In this document: positions 26,111-33,071 of the stretch, one piece after another
Position numbering within the stretch: position 1 is the stretch's first letter
How the letters are laid out: each line of letters opens with the position of its first letter
IMG/VR virus record: IMGVR_UViG_3300031912_000021
Span: 1-47,975 of that record
DNA length: 47,975 bases
Reading direction: 5' to 3' (one strand)
Source: a virus
Taxonomy: Duplodnaviria > Caudoviricetes
Program-made: the position numbers and the translations under genes
The notes under the pieces: generated by a model
The model's input: the letters and a program-made list of their open reading frames with translations, nothing else
What the model was told of the DNA's origin: nothing
Databases searched by the model: none

Positions 26111-26912
26111 AGTCAAAACTCTTGAACCACTATCGACCACCAACATTACCGATCATGGTCTATTCGCGCTCTTCAAGGGAGAATCCGGCGAGGGCAAGAC
26201 AACCGCCGCACTGTCGTTTCCCAATATCTATTCATTCGACTTCGATAAGAAGCTCCCGGGAATAGCCACCAAACATTTTCCAGGGAAAGACATTCAATAC
26301 AACACATTCGATCATATATTCGACATCGACGCGAAGATTCAAGAGCTGAAAGAGAACTGTCCCTATGAGACCCTGTTAGCCGACAGCTTCACGGCATTGG
26401 CCAATATCTGTATCTCGTCTGTTGGGCAAGTCAAAGGAGAATCCGTTCCCGAGATCCTAAGGCGGGTCCAGTCTACCAAAGGCAAAGCGGCGCAGATTGA
26501 GATGATGGGGATCGATTACTACAACGCCGAAGACCGATTCATGACCTATTTTATCGAACAGCTTAAAGTCCTCTGGTCCCGACCAGGAAACCCGAAGAAC
26601 GTGATCGTAACGGCGCACGTCATAACAACCGAAAGCGCGCCCGATCTAAAGACAAAGATCGTCACCCGAACCCGCAGCATTGTCAGCAAGGGTAGGAAAC
26701 CGGCAGCCTGGCTACCGACAGAATTCGATAATGTATTCATCTTCGGCCATCAGTTGCCCGACCTTGGAGTCTCTAATAGCTCCGTCCGTAGATTATGCCT
26801 GACCGAATCATTCGGGGAAGACAGCGCAAAATGCTCCCTCAATCTGCCTCGTGAGATAGACTTCACGAATGGCTCTCTATACGACAAGATGTTCCCAAAG
26901 TCAACCCTTTAA
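26094..26912 (+). CDS. AAA_24 / Sak4-like recombinase ATPase
   Basis: Walker A GESGEGKTT, LLADSFT, VIVTAH. Lies between the exonuclease and SSB-like genes. Confidence 0.8.
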   Translation: MLTPIEVKTLEPLSTTNITDHGLFALFKGESGEGKTTAALSFPNIYSFDFDKKLPGIATKHFPGKDIQYNTFDHIFDIDAKIQELKENCPYETLLADSFTALANICISSVGQVKGESVPEILRRVQSTKGKAAQIEMMGIDYYNAEDRFMTYFIEQLKVLWSRPGNPKNVIVTAHVITTESAPDLKTKIVTRTRSIVSKGRKPAAWLPTEFDNVFIFGHQLPDLGVSNSSVRRLCLTESFGEDSAKCSLNLPREIDFTNGSLYDKMFPKSTL

Positions 26913-26928
26913 TTTGACCTTTTTAAAT

Positions 26929-26950
26929 TTGGGTAAGCGACCTTACTCAA
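26929..26950 (+). promoter_or_regulatory. Stem-loop in the leader of the SSB-like gene
   Basis: TTGGGTAAG-CGAC-CTTACTCAA. Confidence 0.45.
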
Positions 26951-26987
26951 CCGATCAATTAACTTAAACTTAAGAGGATAAATTCAG

Positions 26988-27362
26988 ATGCCAAAGGTAA
27001 CATTCACGAAAGAGAACCTGCTAGAAAGAACCCAATTGACAGCAGGTTGGAGAAAACTCAAGGTAAAATCAGTTGATGAGGGACCGGGAAAGTCCGATCC
27101 AACATCGACGGTTTGGGAGACAGTTTTCATTGTCGATGACGGTAAGGATCTCGGGGTGCCCATTCGACATTGGTTTTCCGAGAAACAGATGGGGCGCGTC
27201 GCAGAATTCCTCCGATGTTTCACCGGGGGACAGATCGAAGAGGGAAAGGTGTACGAGATGAACGATGCGGTCGGGCGCGCGGTCGACGGGTATTGCCGTT
27301 ACCACCCGGATCAGAAGTGGAATGTAATTGACGACTTCCGACCTTCACAGAAAGGAGCTTAA
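26988..27362 (+). CDS. Single-stranded DNA-binding protein candidate (DUF669-like OB fold)
   Basis: LTAGWRKLKVKSVDEGPGKS ... WNVIDDF. Follows the Sak4-like gene, the usual module order. Confidence 0.6.
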   Translation: MPKVTFTKENLLERTQLTAGWRKLKVKSVDEGPGKSDPTSTVWETVFIVDDGKDLGVPIRHWFSEKQMGRVAEFLRCFTGGQIEEGKVYEMNDAVGRAVDGYCRYHPDQKWNVIDDFRPSQKGA

Positions 27363-27365
27363 TTT

Positions 27366-27590
27366 ATGGCAACAGTCTTATTGCGATTTTCCATGCCCAC
27401 GTTTGAGCGGGAGATCGACATCCCGGATTGCTACACAGAACAGGATGCCTCGGATTATGTCAGCGAGAACTCCGATGAGTGGGAACCAATCGTATGCGAG
27501 CACGCCGTGGTAGATATCGTTAGTGGCGACTACGACAAGGAAGAACCCGAGTCAGAACCAGAACCAGAAGAAGAACCTGACGAGGAGTAA
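27366..27590 (+). CDS. Highly acidic small protein (DNA-mimic candidate)
   Basis: 74 aa, very D/E rich; tail KEEPESEPEPEEEPDEE. Confidence 0.65.
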   Translation: MATVLLRFSMPTFEREIDIPDCYTEQDASDYVSENSDEWEPIVCEHAVVDIVSGDYDKEEPESEPEPEEEPDEE

Positions 27591-27595
27591 AAGCT

Positions 27596-27630
27596 TGGGC
27601 GCGGGAATTCAAAAACCCGCGCCCACTTTC
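27596..27630 (+). terminator. Hairpin, probable (weak-U) terminator
   Basis: TGGGCGCGGG-N10-CCCGCGCCCA then CTTTC. Confidence 0.6.
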
Positions 27631-27638
27631 AAAAATTT

Positions 27639-28832
27639 ATGCAAATAAAATTATCTGACATCAAAATTCCGGAGACGGTCAAAAAAGACGAAAAGTATGA
27701 GCTTATTAAGAAGTCTATTGAGGAGCACGGGCTATTCCATCAGGTCTTACTTCAAGGGACGAATCCGCCATATTCAGTATTGGCTGGAAGACGACGTTTA
27801 GCTGTCTTTCAGGATCTAGGGAGGGAAACTATAGAAGCCGAGATATTTCCCGAGGGTGAAGCGCGCGAGATCTCACTGCACGAGAATCTTCGCAGGAATA
27901 ACCTAAGCTGGTACGATCAAGTTGAGCTAGAGAAAGAACTGCACGATCTACGAATACAGCAACATGGCCCAAAGAAACCCGGGCGCCCGTTTGCGGGAGT
28001 CACCGAAGGCTGGTCGAAAGTGGAGACGGCGCGCGAGTTAGGGCTATCTGTAGGAGGATTGCACCAGGATATCGAACTGGCCGAGGCTCTGCTGCGAAAC
28101 CCCGAACTCCGAAATCTGAAAGACAAGGGAACCGCTCTCCGCCTGATAAAGCAGGCGAAGGCAAGACGAGAAAATGAGATCTCTGCTTTAATGCCAACGG
28201 ATGACATGAATCAAGTCTACTTGGGAGATTCCGTTGATATCCTAAAGCATCTCAAGCCTGATACATTCGATGCCTGCATAACCGATCCCCCATGGTCAGA
28301 GTACAAGGATGAAGGCGTCCCCCAGGAATCCCTGCTGCCAATCTTCAGAGAAATTTATCGCGCGCTCAAGCCAAACTCATTTCTCTATGTCATCACAAGT
28401 TCGACAGATTTCTATTTCTATAGAGAAAAGCTAACTTACATGGGATTTGAAATCCAGAAGTACCCGATAATCTGGCACAAAACCCGCACGTTAACCCACG
28501 GGCGCGCGATCTGGCAATACGCGCGGGATTATGAACCGATCCTCGTTGCGGTCAAAGGGAAACCATCTCTAGCCATGGGAGTTGAAACGTCTTCCATTCT
28601 GACATATGAAAACGTCACCCCATCGGCAATGGCGCATCCCCACGAGAAACCCGTTGCCCTTCTGATCAAGATTATGCAGCAATGCACGTACCAAGGAGCG
28701 AATATTCTTGATCCATTTGCTGGATCTGGAGTTGTCGGGCAGGCCGCGAAGCAGACAGGCCGGAATTACATATTAATCGAGAAGGATGCCAAATATTACG
28801 AACAAATTCAAAGGAGACTCAAGTGGTTTTAG
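27639..28832 (+). CDS. ParB-like domain fused to a beta-class N6A/N4C DNA methyltransferase
   Basis: VLAGRRRL and ENLRR (ParB); ITDPPW (motif IV), HPHEKP, LDPFAGSG (motif I). Confidence 0.9.
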   Translation: MQIKLSDIKIPETVKKDEKYELIKKSIEEHGLFHQVLLQGTNPPYSVLAGRRRLAVFQDLGRETIEAEIFPEGEAREISLHENLRRNNLSWYDQVELEKELHDLRIQQHGPKKPGRPFAGVTEGWSKVETARELGLSVGGLHQDIELAEALLRNPELRNLKDKGTALRLIKQAKARRENEISALMPTDDMNQVYLGDSVDILKHLKPDTFDACITDPPWSEYKDEGVPQESLLPIFREIYRALKPNSFLYVITSSTDFYFYREKLTYMGFEIQKYPIIWHKTRTLTHGRAIWQYARDYEPILVAVKGKPSLAMGVETSSILTYENVTPSAMAHPHEKPVALLIKIMQQCTYQGANILDPFAGSGVVGQAAKQTGRNYILIEKDAKYYEQIQRRLKWF

Positions 28833-28839
28833 GAGAATA

Positions 28840-29046
28840 ATGACTATGACTATAGACGTGATATCCAGACTCAGCCAAATAATTTCTGAAGTTGAAATTA
28901 CAACAGAAATAAACGAAACCTCAGAATACGATGAAAGAAGAGAGATATCTAAAGCCCTCAGATTAGCTATCGGTCAATTGAAAGTGGCGCGCACGACTCT
29001 AATAAAGGCGGCGCGGGTTTTCGGGAATATAGGAGACCCAAATTGA
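28840..29046 (+). CDS. Hypothetical helical protein
   Basis: AGGAG RBS before ATG 28840; TTGA overlap with the polymerase start. Confidence 0.6.
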   Translation: MTMTIDVISRLSQIISEVEITTEINETSEYDERREISKALRLAIGQLKVARTTLIKAARVFGNIGDPN

Positions 29047-31499
29047 TTTACGTAGGAGGTGAGGGACCATCCAATGCACAACTTGCCGCCGTTGGAGAAG
29101 CGCCCGGAGGAGAAGAGGAAGATCAGCAACGACCGTTCGTCGGGGCTTCAGGAAAACTATTCAATAAGACTCTAAGTGAAGCGGGAGGTTCTAGGGAATC
29201 TATCTATGTAACGAATGTCGTAAAGGTAAGACCACCGAGCAATAAGATCAAGGATCTCCATTTAATCGGCCGAACGATAGAAGAGTTCATTCCTCAACTG
29301 GAAAACGAGATGCGCGCGCTCAAGCCGAATTGTATACTCGCCCTCGGCGCAACAGCATTAGAGGCACTAACAGGGAAGAAGGGAATCGAGAAGCACCGAG
29401 GCTCAATATTGCCCTGTAGATTCGGTCCATATAAAGTCGTCCCCACGATCCATCCGGCTTCTCTATTACACAGCGAAGCCGAAGGCAAGATGCATTCTTG
29501 GAAAGATCTCACCTATATTCGTTGGGACATAGAGCGCGCGCTTTTAGAGTCTCAAACTCCCGAATATTGCCCGCCGCAACGGAATTTGCAAATCGCCAAA
29601 AACGCGCAACAGCTATACAGTTTCCTCAAGCATAGCGGCCAATATTGTTCAGTGGACATTGAGACCTTCCGAACGATCCCCATCTGTATTTCATTAGCCT
29701 TCAATTGTTGCGATGCAATCTCAGTGCCGCTCATGTACCCTCCGGGAATAGATAAGATCATGACCGACGAAGATCAGACAGACTGCTGGTATCAGGTAGC
29801 TCAGGTTCTAGCTGACTTAGACATCCTGAAGATAGGCCAGAACTTCAAGTTCGATGAGAAGCAGTTAATGACCTGTCTAGATGGCAAGATGCACATCAAT
29901 CTGAAGGTTCGTAGTTTTTTCTTTGACACTCTGTTAGCTTTCCGTGTGCTGTACCCCGAACTACCGGGCGCGCTTCAGTTCTCAACTTCCGTTCTAACAA
30001 AGGAGCCATATTACAAAGATGAAGGGAAAGAATATAACCCGAAGAGAGACAGGTTTGACAGACTACTTCTCTATAACGCCAAAGATGCTGCCGTCACTTA
30101 TGAAGTATTTGAGCGGGAAAGCGAAGAACTTAAAAATCGAGGCTTGGAAGAGTTCTTCTATCGGGAAATCATGCCTCTACATTACTTTTACTCCCGAATC
30201 GAGTCACGGGGAATTCTTCGAGACGATAAGTCAAGATCCGAACTCCGCGCGAAATACATGATGCAATGGGAAGATCTGCAAGACGAGCTAAACCTGCTCA
30301 CTTCCGAGTACCTTCCCGAACCCGTTAACGTCATGTCCAATTCAGCCAAGGGAGATATCCCAAAACTGATATACGGCTACATGAAATGCCCCGCGCGCAA
30401 GGGAGTAGACGACCAAACTTTAGATGCTCTCCGGCGTAACGCGATTAAGGATCAAACCAAAAAGCGGATTTTAGAATTGATTCCGTTAATTAGAAAGGTG
30501 AGAAAAACCATTGGAACATACATCGACGCTAATGTTGACTATAGAGGAAGACTCTGCACTGGATATAGAATTGCACTGGAAACAGGCCGAACATCAACCA
30601 GTGTTCTTAAAGCTCCAGTTGTCACCGAGCCTATGGGAATCGCTTTCCAAACAATTACAAAGCATGGGGACGTTGGAGCAGACATGCGAAGGATGTTCGT
30701 GCCTGACCCTGGTTACGCCTTTATCGAGCCAGACCTCAATGGTGCTGAGGCGCGCGTTGTGGCAATTCTTGCAAATGACCTTCGACTTATCAAGGCTTTC
30801 AAGTACAACGTGGACATTCATAGACTCACTAAAGCATGGATAGATTTCAATTCACCGGACGATCTTTTAAGCCAATTCTGGGAGAGTACTAATGATAGAG
30901 AAACTGCCTCACTCGCGCGTCAGATCAATTCCATCCTCAAAGTTGCGATTAGTGATGAGGAACGTCAACTCGGCAAAAAGTTTAGGCACGCCGCAAATTA
31001 CGCAATGGGGAAACGAGAAGCTGCCGTTCAAGCTAATATCAGCGAATACAAAGCGGCGCGCATTCTGGAAGCCATTCACAAGACCAACCCGAACATTCAA
31101 CAGGTTTTTCACAAGGAAATACAAGAGACTCTGGCTGAGAACGGTCGTAGACTTATGTCTCCGAACGGCAGAGAGCGTCTCTTCCTCAACCAATGGGGCG
31201 ACGAACTTTTTAAGGAAGCTTACGCTCAGATTCCTCAGAGTACTGTTTCTGATCAGACCAAGCAGGCCGCGCGCATGGTCGAACGTCGTTTGCCATGGGT
31301 ACAGATATTGGTTGAATGTCACGATTCGTTTCTATGCCAGGTACCGATCGCGCGCGTGGATGAAACTATTCCAGTAATCAGGGAAGAACTAGAGCGACCG
31401 ATAGATTTCTCAAGATGTTCTTTGCCGCGTGGCGCTTTAGTTATTCCCTGCGAAATCAAGATTGGTGATAAGAATTGGGAGGAGATGTGCAAAATTTAG
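29043..31499 (+). CDS. polA: Family A DNA polymerase with N-terminal uracil-DNA glycosylase (family 4-like) and 3'-5' exonuclease domains
   Basis: UDG motifs GEAPG, PFVGASG, TNVVK.RP, HPA. Exonuclease motifs DIET, QNFKFD, YNAKD. Polymerase motifs TGRTS, DLNGAEAR, RQLGKKFRHAANY, CHDS. Confidence 0.92.
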   Translation: MIYVGGEGPSNAQLAAVGEAPGGEEEDQQRPFVGASGKLFNKTLSEAGGSRESIYVTNVVKVRPPSNKIKDLHLIGRTIEEFIPQLENEMRALKPNCILALGATALEALTGKKGIEKHRGSILPCRFGPYKVVPTIHPASLLHSEAEGKMHSWKDLTYIRWDIERALLESQTPEYCPPQRNLQIAKNAQQLYSFLKHSGQYCSVDIETFRTIPICISLAFNCCDAISVPLMYPPGIDKIMTDEDQTDCWYQVAQVLADLDILKIGQNFKFDEKQLMTCLDGKMHINLKVRSFFFDTLLAFRVLYPELPGALQFSTSVLTKEPYYKDEGKEYNPKRDRFDRLLLYNAKDAAVTYEVFERESEELKNRGLEEFFYREIMPLHYFYSRIESRGILRDDKSRSELRAKYMMQWEDLQDELNLLTSEYLPEPVNVMSNSAKGDIPKLIYGYMKCPARKGVDDQTLDALRRNAIKDQTKKRILELIPLIRKVRKTIGTYIDANVDYRGRLCTGYRIALETGRTSTSVLKAPVVTEPMGIAFQTITKHGDVGADMRRMFVPDPGYAFIEPDLNGAEARVVAILANDLRLIKAFKYNVDIHRLTKAWIDFNSPDDLLSQFWESTNDRETASLARQINSILKVAISDEERQLGKKFRHAANYAMGKREAAVQANISEYKAARILEAIHKTNPNIQQVFHKEIQETLAENGRRLMSPNGRERLFLNQWGDELFKEAYAQIPQSTVSDQTKQAARMVERRLPWVQILVECHDSFLCQVPIARVDETIPVIREELERPIDFSRCSLPRGALVIPCEIKIGDKNWEEMCKI

Positions 31500-31678
31500 A
31501 GTTTTTCAAACTCGCGGCCGTCATGCTGCAATGTATGTGGTATGAAATTAATGTCAAGGAAGATCCAGTTTTCAATTTAATTGGTTCTCTTGATTACTCG
31601 TCGGAGATGTATTTTGTAATCGAGCAAGAGAAGGCGAGGATTAATGAGCGCGCCCATATTAACCAGAGGGGAGAATAA
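31487..31678 (+). CDS. Hypothetical small protein
   Basis: GGAGGAG RBS before GTG; bridges the polymerase and helicase genes. Confidence 0.45.
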   Translation: MQNLEFFKLAAVMLQCMWYEINVKEDPVFNLIGSLDYSSEMYFVIEQEKARINERAHINQRGE

Positions 31679-32876
31679 ATCATGGCTGGAACTGTTGACG
31701 GATTCGACTATAGAATCGGAATCACCGGAGAGATATTTTTGGTGGTCCGGACTAGCAGCCATCTCAGCGATGGTGAGAAAAAACGTGTATATAAACAGGT
31801 ACTTCTACAAGCTGTACCCGAACATTTACGTCGCACTTGTGTCGTCGAGATCAGGTTTGAAGAAGGGGATACCGATCTCCATAGTGAAGTCTCTGCTGGA
31901 GCTGTGTGGTACAACGAGGGTGATCTCAGGATGCAACTCGATCCAAGGTCTGATCAAGGAACTTTCTATGCAGAGAACCTATCCGAACGGGATGGTACTT
32001 TCAGACGCGCAAGGTATTATGCTATCCGACGAATTCGAAAGCTTCCTGACGGACGACCCAAAGGCTCTGACTTACCTCACAGCACTGCACAACACGCACG
32101 AACACGAAAAAAGCTGGACGAAAAATATCAAATCGAGCCCGATCGAGGAGCTGAAAAGCCCATGCTTGACCCTTTTAGTAGCAAGCAACGAAGCCCTTTT
32201 TGACTCGGTAGTGCGGCAAAAGGATATCGAGGGTGGGTTTATCGCGCGGACCTTTCTGATTCACGAATATCGACCGAAGCTAATCAACCCTTTGGTAGTC
32301 GCGCCCAAGGTTAAGCTGGACGCTCATGAGTTAGCAATGCACCTTTTGAAGATGAGCAAGATAAAAGGAGAGTTCGTTTGGACACCGGAAGCCGGGGATT
32401 TCTATACAGAATGGTACACAAAAATCTCACTAATGGACTCAGACGATCGAACAGGTTCCGTCGGTCGTTTGGGAGATCAGGTTTTGAAGGTTGCAATGCT
32501 CGTCTCACTAGCCAGGAAGGATACCTTAGACATTACCGTAGAGGATCTTTCTTTAGCCATTACAAAATGCGAAGATTGTATGCCCGCGGTGAACGTCGTT
32601 AGCATGTCTGGCAATGGCACAGACATCTCAAACGCCATTAGCATGGTCCTGAAGCTCTTGTTAATCTCTCCTAATCAAGAACTCTCCAGAAATAAGATCC
32701 TCGCACGCCTTCATCCCCGAGGCGTCGATTCGATAACTCTCGACCGGGTCATGAACTCCCTAATGGAATCGCGCGCGATCGAACAACCGTATCGAAATGA
32801 GAAGAAGGAAATAATTTACAAGATGAGAAAGCAGGAATTCGACAGGTATCGAAAATTTCAGCAGGAAGAGGAATGA
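31644..32876 (+). CDS. DUF3987-like AAA+/helicase-type replication protein with C-terminal winged helix
   Basis: ESPERYFWWSGLAAISA, YPNIYVALVSSRSGLKKG (degenerate P-loop), LSDEF, GGFIAR. No primase domain seen. Confidence 0.65.
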   Translation: MSAPILTRGENKSWLELLTDSTIESESPERYFWWSGLAAISAMVRKNVYINRYFYKLYPNIYVALVSSRSGLKKGIPISIVKSLLELCGTTRVISGCNSIQGLIKELSMQRTYPNGMVLSDAQGIMLSDEFESFLTDDPKALTYLTALHNTHEHEKSWTKNIKSSPIEELKSPCLTLLVASNEALFDSVVRQKDIEGGFIARTFLIHEYRPKLINPLVVAPKVKLDAHELAMHLLKMSKIKGEFVWTPEAGDFYTEWYTKISLMDSDDRTGSVGRLGDQVLKVAMLVSLARKDTLDITVEDLSLAITKCEDCMPAVNVVSMSGNGTDISNAISMVLKLLLISPNQELSRNKILARLHPRGVDSITLDRVMNSLMESRAIEQPYRNEKKEIIYKMRKQEFDRYRKFQQEEE

Positions 32877-33071
32877 ATGTTTATTGAACTCGTGCGCCCG
32901 AAGCCCCTGGACATCCTATGCACTAGGGACCGAATCAAACTCAGGATCATGGAACCCGAAAGCTCCGGTCGTTTCTGGGTCAACCTAACCTTCCATAATG
33001 ACTCCGAGCTAACAAAATTCATTGATGATCTAACAGCAATATCCAAAAGACCCAGGGAATTCAACCCCTAG
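32877..33071 (+). CDS. Hypothetical protein, last rightward gene
   Basis: 64 aa; GAGG RBS; its stop abuts the convergent gene. Confidence 0.55.
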   Translation: MFIELVRPKPLDILCTRDRIKLRIMEPESSGRFWVNLTFHNDSELTKFIDDLTAISKRPREFNP

